Below, piece after piece: positions 37,299 to 46,320 of a stretch of 64,000 nucleotides of DNA; within the stretch, counting starts at the first letter, position 1; each line of letters opens with the position of its first letter. A program made the position numbers and the translations under genes. The notes under the pieces were generated by a model, which worked only from the letters and a program-made list of their open reading frames with translations, ran no database searches and had not been told where the DNA came from. The DNA is from Terriglobales bacterium (lineage in GTDB: Bacteria; Acidobacteriota; Terriglobia; Terriglobales; Acidobacteriaceae), in NCBI GenBank assembly GCA_038254775.1, contig JBBSFV010000005.1, forward strand, positions 31,076 through 95,075, written 5' to 3'.

Positions 37299-38638
37299 GC
37301 ATGAAAGAACTAGTTCCAATCGTCGCGAAGAACGAAGGCAAAAGAATGATGACCTGGATTCGCAAAAACTGGGCAGCGGCTTTGTTGGTTGTAGTGCTAG
37401 TGATTCTGGGACTCTTGTTCGCCTCGGGCAAACTTCAAATTACTCCTTCAAGCACCAGCCGTAAGGTAGAGGATGGTGCGACCAAAGCCGAAGAACCCAG
37501 TCGAGTGCAGAACGGCAAGATCATCCTCGATCAAGATGATTTCGCCTCTTCAGGGATCAAGGTTCAACCTGTCACGACACAGATGATTCCCTCCTATTTC
37601 GAAGCTCCTGCTGAAGTTCAACTTGCTGAAAGCAGGGTTGCGCATGTCACACCCGGAATTGCCGGAATCATCAGAAAGGTTGAGAGAGGTGTCGGAGACC
37701 CAGTGGCGAAAGGAAGCGCACTTTGCACGATTGAGTCAGTCGACGTCGGCGATGCACGGTCCAGCTTCGTTGCCGCAGATTCAGAAAGACAGTTAGCGGA
37801 AAGGAATTACGCACGTTGGAAGCTGCTGGTGGACAAAGGCTTGCGCACTCAGAACGAACTATTTGCGGCCGAGACTGAATTGACCCGGGCAAAACTAAAG
37901 CTCGAGGCTGCAACCGCGCGATTGCGCGGCTTGGGTGCAGGCGAGCAGCAGCTTCAAGTATTAGAGAAGTCTGGTGCCGAGGGAGTGAGCAACGGCTTTG
38001 TGCTTAGAAGCCCCATCGCCGGTTCGGTGCTCGCCCGTTCAGCTACTGTCGGACAGAACGTAACAACATTGGATCAGATTTTTCAGATCGGAGACCTCTC
38101 GAGTGTCTGGGTGCAGGCTGTCGCGCATGAACAAGATCTGCCATTGATCAAGCTCGGGATGTCCGCAGTGGTCCAGCTTCCCAACTCCGGCGCCACCTTT
38201 GCCGGCAAGGTAAGTTATATCGGCGAGCAGGTTGATGAGAAAACACGGACTGTGCCCGTACGGGTGGAAGTGAGAAACGGTTACGTCCCGGGCACCGCCT
38301 CAAAACAGCACCGCTTGCTCCCAGGACTCTTCACCACACTTCACATTGAAACTGGCAGGAAGACGAATGCCCTAGTGGTCCCTGCTTCCGCCATTCAATC
38401 GGAAGGCGCGGAAAGTTTCGTCTTTGTCCAAAGCAGCGTCCAAGTATCCGACGCAGCCGCCAAAACAAATATTAGCGGATCCAGTAATGTCGCCTTTGAG
38501 CGGCGACTGGTTGAAGTGGGAACGCACACTGGAAACCTTGTAGGAATTGTGCGCGGACTTACGGCTGGAGAAAAGATCGTTGTCGAGAATGCCTACTTGC
38601 TGAAGAGTGAACTAGAGAAATCCAAAGTACAGGACTAA
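37295..38638 (+). CDS. RND efflux periplasmic adaptor (CzcB/CusB-like membrane fusion protein)
   Basis: TM anchor, lipoyl/hairpin segments (IAGIIRKVERGVGDPVAKGSALCTIES, coiled coil, LRSPIAGSVL) and a beta-barrel tail. ATGA overlap with the upstream gene. Confidence 0.85.
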   Translation: MSMKELVPIVAKNEGKRMMTWIRKNWAAALLVVVLVILGLLFASGKLQITPSSTSRKVEDGATKAEEPSRVQNGKIILDQDDFASSGIKVQPVTTQMIPSYFEAPAEVQLAESRVAHVTPGIAGIIRKVERGVGDPVAKGSALCTIESVDVGDARSSFVAADSERQLAERNYARWKLLVDKGLRTQNELFAAETELTRAKLKLEAATARLRGLGAGEQQLQVLEKSGAEGVSNGFVLRSPIAGSVLARSATVGQNVTTLDQIFQIGDLSSVWVQAVAHEQDLPLIKLGMSAVVQLPNSGATFAGKVSYIGEQVDEKTRTVPVRVEVRNGYVPGTASKQHRLLPGLFTTLHIETGRKTNALVVPASAIQSEGAESFVFVQSSVQVSDAAAKTNISGSSNVAFERRLVEVGTHTGNLVGIVRGLTAGEKIVVENAYLLKSELEKSKVQD

Positions 38639-38647
38639 GCGAAGACA

Positions 38648-41309
38648 ATGCTGAAATCATATTTGCGCTTTCTCCTGAAACAGAGGCTACTTGTAATTGC
38701 CCTGACGCTGCTGCTCGTCGGCGTTGGCATCTGGTCGGCCGATCAGTTGCCCATTGATGCCGTGCCTGACATTACAAACATCCAGGTGCAGATCAACACA
38801 GACGCCCCAGCGCTGTCGCCGCTCGAAGTAGAAAAGCAGATCACCTTTCCAGTTGAAGTCGCGGTTTCAGGACTGCCTCGCGTAACGGAAGTGCGCTCTT
38901 TATCTAAATTTGGCCTTTCACAGGTCACCGTCGTTTTTGAAGATGGCACGGACATCTATTTTGCCCGGCAGCTTGTGCAGCAGCGTGCCCGAGATGGGTC
39001 CGATCAGTACAGGTCTGGGGGAGATCTATCAATACACAGTTGAGGCCCCTGGCAATGACCTTGTAGAAGCGCGAACAATCCAGGATTGGCTGATCAAGCC
39101 AGTGCTGCGTACCGTACCAGGTGTCGCGGAAGTCAATTCATTCGGCGGGCTGGAAAAGCAGTACCAAGTGTTGATCCGGCCAGATGCTCTTTTGAAATTC
39201 GGCCTTAATCTTCGACAAGTACAACAGGCCATCGCCGCGAACAATCTCAACCGCGGCGGTGGATACATCGTCAAGAATGCGGAACAGTTTGTGGTTCGCG
39301 GTGTCGGGCAAGTTCAGACCATTGAGCAGATCAAGAACATCGTGATTGCGAGCTCTGGTGGTGTTCCGGTGCGCGTACAGGACCTGGCCGAGGTTAAGAT
39401 CGATTCCGCTCCGCGGCAAGGGGCAATCACCAAAGATGGAAAAGGCGAAGCAGTTACCGGCATCGTCATGATGCTCTTGGGGTCAAACTCACGCGTAGTG
39501 GTCGAAGATGTCAAGTCTCGAATCGTTTTGATTGTTAAGACCCTCCCTAAAGGCATCAGTCTCAAACCGTTTTATGATCGCGCAGACCTCGTGAACCGCA
39601 CTATTCACACGGTCGAGAAAAACCTCTTTGAAGGGGCAGTCCTTGTCATCGTGGTGCTTTTGTTGCTTTTGGAAAACATTCGCGCTGCTCTGATCGTCGC
39701 CCTCGCGATTCCGCTCTCGATGCTGTTCGCCGTGACGCTGATGGTCAAGTTTGGGATCGCCGGCAGCTTGATGAGCCTGGGAGCAATCGACTTTGGGCTG
39801 ATTGTTGACGGCTCGGTTGTTATGGTCGAAAACTCTGTACGTCGGCTCTCCGAGCGACAAAACGATCAAGATCTCTTTACTTCAATCGTGGCGGGTTGCG
39901 CGGAGGTTGGTCGACCGATCATCTTTGGTGTCGGCATCATCATCATCGTTTATCTGCCGATATTGACTCTTGAGGGCGTCGAAGGCAGGTTGTTCAGACC
40001 GATGGCGCTCACAGTTATTTTCGCGCTCATCGGCTCACTCATTCTTACCTTCACGTTGACACCGGTTCTTACATCTCTCTTTATCGGCAAAGTGAAAGAA
40101 AAACACGTCGGTTGGCTGCAGAAGGTCGCGAGGGCTTACGAGCATCGACTGGAATGGGTGTTCGAGCGAAAACGACTTGTACTGTACGCGAGCGCACTTC
40201 TATTAATGATTACGGTGTTCGTCAGTTTGTTTCTAGGGTCCGAATTCATTCCCACTCTGGATGAGAATGCGTTTGCATTAGAGATGCGCCGCCCACCTGG
40301 TATCTCGCTTACTGAAGCCAATAGACAAAATACGTTGCTCGAACAATATCTTCTCAAGCTCTACCCCGCCGAGATTGAGACCATTGTTTCCAAGACCGGG
40401 CGGGGAGATGTCGCCATGGACCCGATGGGTCCGAACAGCACTGACTTCATCATCCTGCTGAAACCCAGGGAACAATGGCGCAAGGTTCATAGCCGAGAGA
40501 CTCTCATAGGAACCCTCGAAGCGGATCTCAGCCATTTCATGGGTGTAAGTTACGAGTTCTCGCAGCCGATCGAGATGCGTATGAATGAGCTTATCGCTGG
40601 TGTTAGATCAGATATCGCCATTCGTATTTTCGGAGAGGACATGAAAGTCCTGGATACGACAGCAGGGAAAATCGTCGCCACAGTATCGAAATTGAATGGT
40701 GCCCGCGGTTTCAGGGCACAACAAGTGGCGGGGTTGCCGATGATCGAAGTCGTCGTACTACCGGACAAGCTCGCCCGTTATGGAATCAATTCCGGCGATG
40801 TGATGGAGGTGATCGAGGCCATTGCTGGCTTGGATACGACGCAGATCATTGAGGGACAAAGGCGCTTCGATCTGGTGCTGAAGTTTGCAGCAGGGGTAAC
40901 GAATGACAAGGAAGCCATATCGCGTCTCCTGGTCAGCGCTCCCGGGGGAGAAATGGTCCCCCTGGGGCAATTGGCAAATATCCGCGAGTTAGAAGGTCCG
41001 GCTGAGATCAGCCATCTTGGAGGTTCGCGTATGATGGCAGTCGAAGGAAATGTCCGAGGTAGGGATATTGGCAGCTTCATTGCCGACGCGCGAAGGTTGT
41101 TCGACGAAAAAAAGATTGCTCTTCCAGTTGGGTACCGCGTGGAATTCGGCGGTCAGTTCCAAAATTTGGAGCGAGCGCGCAAGCGCCTCCTGATTGTAGT
41201 GCCGCTGTCGCTTTTCCTTATCTTCCTGCTGCTCTTTACAACATTCAATTCCATCAGGCAGGCCCTACTCGTATTTTCTGGAATTCCACTGGCTGCTGTT
41301 GGTGGCGTG
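38648..41309 (+). pseudogene. Heavy-metal RND pump CzcA/CusA-family, internally deleted/frameshifted and 3'-truncated
   Basis: The N-terminus (38648-) and the remainder (GPISTGLGEIYQY...) are in different frames with a junction near 38985, and about 15 expected residues are missing. Homology stops after FSGIPLAAVGGV at 41309, roughly 150 aa short of a full pump. Confidence 0.85.
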
Positions 41310-41506
41310 ACCGTGTCGGCAACTTGGGCGGTAGTTAGCGCCTGGCCCTGGCTCTGCAGGACGAGACGTTGATTACGGTTCTCAATGAAGCCCGCGCCCA
41401 CGACTCCAGTGGCGCGACGTGCTGCGGTCAGAACATCATCTACGGTGAGGTTGTATTGGATCAATCGTTCAGGGATGAACTGCACTTGGTATTGCTTGAC
41501 CTCCCC
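41310..41506 (-). pseudogene. Inverted fragment of a second RND pump (N-terminal periplasmic segment)
   Basis: The minus strand reads GEVKQYQVQFIPERLIQYNLTVDDVLTAARRATGVVGAGFIENRNQRLVLQSQGQALTTAQVADTV, the RND porter subdomain pattern. It abuts the truncated czcA head-to-head. Confidence 0.65.
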
Positions 41507-41525
41507 GCTTTCTCTACTTCCTGAG

Positions 41526-42218
41526 TCACCTGCAACGTATTTGCCCCGTACTGCGCTTCGAGGCCATTTGGGCCATCCAAAGCATGGCACCGGGGTTTCC
41601 ATCGCTAAATTCAACTATTTTGTGGATAACTTCTTGGAGATTGTCCGCATGGATGCCGTATTTATTTACTACCCCTGTAGCAAATTCCGTTGCGCATGCA
41701 CTGTCGAAGTTTTTGATTTCCATGCGCTCTGACTTATCAGGAAACATATTCGCGATGAACCCTATGTCTTCCATGTGCACTGAGCGCCCGATGGCTACAA
41801 TAGGCGTGTTTGTTTCCGACGAAAAATGGCGGATGGCGGTCGCAAATGTGTGGGACACAAAACCCAATTGATCCAAGATAACTGTGTGCGAATGTGAAAC
41901 TAGCGCCCGCGCTGCAATGCCCTTAAGTGCAACCGTTGACTTGGATTTCACTGCCACGAGCGAGGTTGAACCTAGGGAGCCTACGACCGATTTCTCCTTT
42001 CTTTCGGCGAGTGCGGCAACTAATTGAACAAAGAAGTTTTTTACGGATGAGCAAGCTGTGCAAACAAGCATGTTCGGAAATCCGACTACAGCGCTGCTGA
42101 TAAGAACGGTCTTCCCCACTCCGACGGGACCATAGAGCAAGAACGATTTTCGGGCGTGCAACATCGTCTTCAAGCGGTCGAGTTCGCGTTCACGCCACAA
42201 TAGGCTGGTTCGTTCCAC
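41526..42218 (-). CDS. Small AAA/ORC-Cdc6-like ATPase
   Basis: 230 aa with RERELDRLKTML...FLLYGPVGVGKTVL (Walker A) and HTVILDQLG (Walker B-like). Confidence 0.7.
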   Translation of the reverse strand: MERTSLLWRERELDRLKTMLHARKSFLLYGPVGVGKTVLISSAVVGFPNMLVCTACSSVKNFFVQLVAALAERKEKSVVGSLGSTSLVAVKSKSTVALKGIAARALVSHSHTVILDQLGFVSHTFATAIRHFSSETNTPIVAIGRSVHMEDIGFIANMFPDKSERMEIKNFDSACATEFATGVVNKYGIHADNLQEVIHKIVEFSDGNPGAMLWMAQMASKRSTGQIRCR

Positions 42219-42667
42219 TCAGAATGCTCCTCCTGACCTCACTTCGAGTTCCGTCGTTGTCACGAGCCTATTGCCGGCCATGGCGGTGATCATCGGCATC
42301 ATCCTGTCAATATGTTCATGGGAGTCAATGAATTCGACTACTAGAGGAAGTAATCCTCCGGCATCGACCAACGAAGTGGTTGATATTCCTTTTGCCTTGG
42401 TATAGCCAGCGACGCCTCTAAGCACCGTCGTACCAGCCGGCCTAGCTGGTTCCACGCATACATTCCGGCCACATGACTTGCATTTTGCTTTTGCGTGGCA
42501 ATCAAGAGGATGTTGCCAAACGAGTAGTAATGGAACCTTGCCATCGCATTGAGGTAGGAAGTCAGTACCTCGCTGTGGCCGGATTCCAGTGCCTCGATGA
42601 GCGCCTTAACACTGGCGCCAATAAGTTCTTGGCTGGTTCTTGGTTTATTTTGGTTAGTAAATAACAT
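42219..42667 (-). pseudogene. Chimeric remnant: ArdC-like N-terminal fragment (42437-42667) joined out of frame to a DUF190 C-terminal fragment (42219-42445)
   Basis: The ArdC/DUF1738 pattern is ...ARFHYYSFGNILLIATQKQNASHVAGMYAWNQLGR. The other frame then reads AGTTVLRGVAGYTKAKGISTTSLVDAGGLLPLVVEFIDSHEHIDRMMPMI...LVTTTELEV, the DUF190 pattern. Confidence 0.6.
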
Positions 42668-43117
42668 TGTTTTTCTCCTTTTGCCGTTTTTGGCTGTTTT
42701 GTTTCTTCACAGAAGCGCCAGCGGAACAAAACAGACGGAACGGCAAAGGAGACTGAACGGAGGCGGGAGGAGGGTGGCAGGGCGCGAGTGGCGGCGCGGT
42801 GAGTGCCAAACTGGGGTTGGGTTACGTTTGGCGCGAAACCGGCGCTTTAGCCCGAGCGACCGCCCGAGCCCTGGCTGAAGGGCGCCCACCCGGAAGAGGC
42901 CGCAGTGGGAAGAGGACGCGGAGCATACCTTGATTTGGGATCTATCTTGTGGGATTTGTTTGCAATCGCAAACTTGAGAGTTTCGCGATGAAGGCGGCTC
43001 CTGAAAAGGATAAGCCTGTCTTTTGATAGACTTAGAATCCGGCAACAAATCCGGCAAAATAAGCGGCATTCGTGGTACATTAAATCACCGTAACATGATG
43101 ATTAATAGGAATTAACC

Positions 43118-44323
43118 GTGAAAAATGAAGCGGCAAATGTAGCGGCAGAAGAAAACCCAGCGTTAATGGAGCCCATGCTTCCACCGGAAGGGACGCGGAG
43201 CCTGGAGGATCTGGCGGTTGATCTGGTAGCTAAGGCGAACACGCTTGCTGGCCAGGTGAACCCCGTGGTGCAGCGTTCGATTGGGACGCTCGTCCGATCG
43301 ATGAACTGCTACTACTCGAATCTGATTGAAGGGCATGACACTCACCCTCGCGACATCGATCGCGCGCTCGGTGACAACTACGCCAAGGAGCCTAAGCGCC
43401 GCGCCCTGCAGCTAGAGGCAGTGGCACACATTGAGGTGCAGAAGAGGATCGACGAAGAGGATGACGACAAAGGAGAGCCGACATCAGTCGCATATATCTC
43501 GTGGTTGCATCGGGAATTCTGTTCCCGGCTGCCGGAAGAACTGTTGTGGGCTGAGGATCCTGACATCAAGAAAAAGGTGCGAGTAGAACCGGGAGTATTA
43601 CGCACGACTGAGGTGGCAGTGGGGCGACATTTGCCGCCCAGAGTTGAGGCCCTTCCTGATTTCTTGCGCCGGTTCGAAGAAGCATATAGCCGAAACACCC
43701 TTTCAAAGCTGCGGCAAATCATCGGGATCGCCGCTGCCCACCATCGTCTGCTGTGGATCCATCCATTCGCCGACGGCAACGGACGCGTGGCCCGTCTCAT
43801 GGCGCATACAGCCCTTAACCGCTTGGGAGTGGGGAGCAGCCTGTGGTCGGTGTCACGCGGCCTAGCAAGAAATGTAAACCGCTACAAAGAACTGTTGATG
43901 GCGGCGGATGAGCCGCGCAGGAACGATTTAGACGGACGCGGCAGTCTGTCTCAGGCAGCACTGACGGAGTTTTGCGAATTCTTTTTGCATACCGCCATAG
44001 ATCAGGTGGAGTTCATGGAATCGCTGCTGCAACCAGGCGAACTCCTCCGTCGCATCCAGCTGTATGTCGAAGACGAGGTGCGCGCCGGACGCTTGCCGGA
44101 AGGCAGCTACTCCGTGCTGCGGGAGGCATTGTTGGCGGGAGATGTGGACCGCGCTACTGCGCGCAAATTGACTGGCTATCAGGAGCGTATGGGGCGGATG
44201 ATCGTCTCTAAGCTGATGGAGAAGGGGCTGTTGACTTCCGAAGGGCCGAAGATGCCGGTACGGCTTGGATTCCCACTGGACGTTGTCGAACGTTGGTTCC
44301 CAAAACTCTACCCCGTGGCATGA
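43118..44323 (+). CDS. Class II Fic-domain protein (AMPylase family) with N-terminal inhibitory helix and C-terminal wHTH-like region
   Basis: Fic motif HPFADGNGRVARL. The inhibitory (S/T)xxxE(G/N) motif appears as SNLIEG in YYSNLIEGHDT. Confidence 0.88.
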   Translation: MKNEAANVAAEENPALMEPMLPPEGTRSLEDLAVDLVAKANTLAGQVNPVVQRSIGTLVRSMNCYYSNLIEGHDTHPRDIDRALGDNYAKEPKRRALQLEAVAHIEVQKRIDEEDDDKGEPTSVAYISWLHREFCSRLPEELLWAEDPDIKKKVRVEPGVLRTTEVAVGRHLPPRVEALPDFLRRFEEAYSRNTLSKLRQIIGIAAAHHRLLWIHPFADGNGRVARLMAHTALNRLGVGSSLWSVSRGLARNVNRYKELLMAADEPRRNDLDGRGSLSQAALTEFCEFFLHTAIDQVEFMESLLQPGELLRRIQLYVEDEVRAGRLPEGSYSVLREALLAGDVDRATARKLTGYQERMGRMIVSKLMEKGLLTSEGPKMPVRLGFPLDVVERWFPKLYPVA

Positions 44324-44375
44324 CACCGAATAGATAGATAAATGTGGTCGGATACGAGTCACCGAAACAAAGAAA

Positions 44376-44404
44376 TTGCAATCGGGAAATCTGAATTGTA
44401 TAGT
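44376..44404 (+). promoter_or_regulatory. Sigma70-type promoter TTGCAA-17-TATAGT in front of the six-gene cassette
   Basis: -35 at 44376-44381 and -10 at 44399-44404, about 24 nt upstream of ATG 44428. Confidence 0.45.
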
Positions 44405-44427
44405 TGAGGCGAATAAAAAGCGAAACT

Positions 44428-46320
44428 ATGGGTAAGCCCTTTAAATCTGAGCTCCAAAAGCTGTCTCAAACCTATGAATGGGCTTTGTGCCTCGAGAACA
44501 CGGGTCTCAAAAGACAGATAAATGCCGCTGGGTCTTATCCTCTTGTGGCCATTGGCTCTGGTGGATCCCAGAGCACGGCCGTTCTCATCTCAGATCTTCA
44601 TCAAAGCACTTTCGGCGAGGTGGCGAAGGCAGATACGCCGGTTGGCGCGTGGAATTATCTAAAAGATCTCCGGTCGAGCGCGATTCTTCTTGTTAGCGCC
44701 GGTGGAAAGAATCCTGACATTCTGGGCATTGCGCGTGCTGCAGTGGAAGCTGAGCCAAGATTGTTGATCGCAATATGCGCGACTCAGGGCTCTCCTTTGG
44801 CGCGGATTGTGAATGGATTTGCGAGAGGTTTTTGTTTCGATTTTGGGCTGCCGAGCGGCAAAGATGGCTTCCTGGCTACCAATAGCTTGCTGGCGATGAG
44901 CGTGATTGCCCTTCGCGCTTTTGGATATGACCGCGATACACTGCCCCCTTCGTTTCCATCGCGGCAGTCAATAAGCCGCAAAAACGGGTCGAAGAGGTCG
45001 CGCAAGGTCGGTGGGTTGCGCGACGTCCCGAATTTAGTGGTTCTGCATGGAGCGCACAGCAGGAGCGCGGCGTTTGACCTTGAATCGAAGTTGGTGGAGG
45101 CAGGACTAGTTTCGGTGCAGCTTGCCGACTACAGGAACTTCGCTCATGGAAGGCATCATTGGCTCGCAAAACATCCCGACTCAAGTGTGGTGGCGTTTGC
45201 GAGTAAGGAAGAAAGACTGCTCGCGGACCGAACTCTGCGACTTCTTCCTCACAATATTTCATGGCAACTCATCGCTACTCAAACGCCCGGCTATGCCTCC
45301 TGGGTTGAGCTTCAGGCAGCGGTGTTCGAATTGGTGTCAGAGTTTGGGGATGCCAAGTCCATCGATCCAGGACGGCCAGGAGTGCCGGCATTTGGTCGCC
45401 GAATCTATCACCTGAATGCTTTTCATTCCCCTAAGAAGGACTTGAGATCAACAGCCATTGCTAGGAAGAGGAAGTCATCTGGTCAAAACAATGCCGATTA
45501 TTTGCAAAAGCTTGATCTCAGTTTCTCGGAGATGTGCGCGAAGCTTCGTAATGCAAATTTTAACGGCCTCGTTCTGGACTATGACGGGACGATATGTGAT
45601 CACGTGGATAGGTTCGAAGCAATTCCTCAGATAACGGCTCGAGCGATTAGCCGAGTCGTGGAAGCTGGTTTCCTACTAGGAATAGCTACCGGTCGTGGTA
45701 AATCGGTCAGGAAAGCTTTGCAAGCCGCCATCGAAAAGAGTGCCTGGAGCCGGGTCAAGGTGGGGTATTACAACGGGGCGGTGGTGGCCGATCTTGGAGA
45801 TGATGCACAGCCAGATACCAGTTGTGGAGTCGCGCCCGGGTTGCAGGACGCAGCTGATGCCTTGAGAACGATTTGCGCGGCGTCCCAGGTTGATTTAAGT
45901 ATCCGGCCACAACAAATCACTGTGGAGCCTACGGTGCCAATGGAGGTAATGGAATTGTGGTCGCGTGTAACACAGCGCTTGGAGGAAAACGGGATAAGAG
46001 GCGTTAAGGTGGTGGCATCTACTCGGTCGGTAGACGTGGTGCTAGAAGAAACTAGTAAACTTGCGCTCGTCCGAGCGTTGGAACAGACGCGACCAAGGTC
46101 GACACTCTTGTGTATAGGTGATCGACCGTGTTGGCCCGGCAATGATGCTCAGTTACTCGGCCAAGACTTTTCTTTAAGCGTAGACGAAGTGGATGGTAAC
46201 CCATCAGGCGCATGGAATCTGTCGCCGGCTGGAGTTCTTGGGGCAGCCGCGCTGCGATATTATCTTTCCGCAATAAAAATAGGACCAAAGCATTTTTCGA
46301 TTCAGCTGAGGTGCGATTGA
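44428..46320 (+). CDS. Cassette gene A: double-SIS phosphosugar isomerase-like domain fused to a HAD-IIB phosphatase domain
   Basis: SIS 1 is VAIGSGGSQSTA...ILLVSAGGKNPDIL...LIAICATQGSPLA. SIS 2 resembles the GlmS/AgaS C-terminal half (FDLESKLVEAGLVSVQLADYRNFAHGRHHWL). HAD motifs are LVLDYDGTI, GIATGRG and CIGDRPCWPGNDAQL. Confidence 0.8.
   Translation: MGKPFKSELQKLSQTYEWALCLENTGLKRQINAAGSYPLVAIGSGGSQSTAVLISDLHQSTFGEVAKADTPVGAWNYLKDLRSSAILLVSAGGKNPDILGIARAAVEAEPRLLIAICATQGSPLARIVNGFARGFCFDFGLPSGKDGFLATNSLLAMSVIALRAFGYDRDTLPPSFPSRQSISRKNGSKRSRKVGGLRDVPNLVVLHGAHSRSAAFDLESKLVEAGLVSVQLADYRNFAHGRHHWLAKHPDSSVVAFASKEERLLADRTLRLLPHNISWQLIATQTPGYASWVELQAAVFELVSEFGDAKSIDPGRPGVPAFGRRIYHLNAFHSPKKDLRSTAIARKRKSSGQNNADYLQKLDLSFSEMCAKLRNANFNGLVLDYDGTICDHVDRFEAIPQITARAISRVVEAGFLLGIATGRGKSVRKALQAAIEKSAWSRVKVGYYNGAVVADLGDDAQPDTSCGVAPGLQDAADALRTICAASQVDLSIRPQQITVEPTVPMEVMELWSRVTQRLEENGIRGVKVVASTRSVDVVLEETSKLALVRALEQTRPRSTLLCIGDRPCWPGNDAQLLGQDFSLSVDEVDGNPSGAWNLSPAGVLGAAALRYYLSAIKIGPKHFSIQLRCD

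Noticed and set aside
42755-42815. G-rich tract (GGAGGCGGGAGGAGGGTGGCAGGGCGCG...) as a potential G-quadruplex
   Set aside because: The runs are mostly GG/GGG with irregular loops, in a generally GC-rich non-coding scar region. There is nothing to tie it to a function.
46212-46310. Upstream extensions of cassette genes suggested by the ORF track (46212 for B, 49225 for D, 50340 for F, 44404 for A)
   Set aside because: They would overlap the preceding gene by 100-130 nt. Internal ATG/GTG/TTG starts give 4-10-nt coupled overlaps instead, so the shorter versions are preferred.
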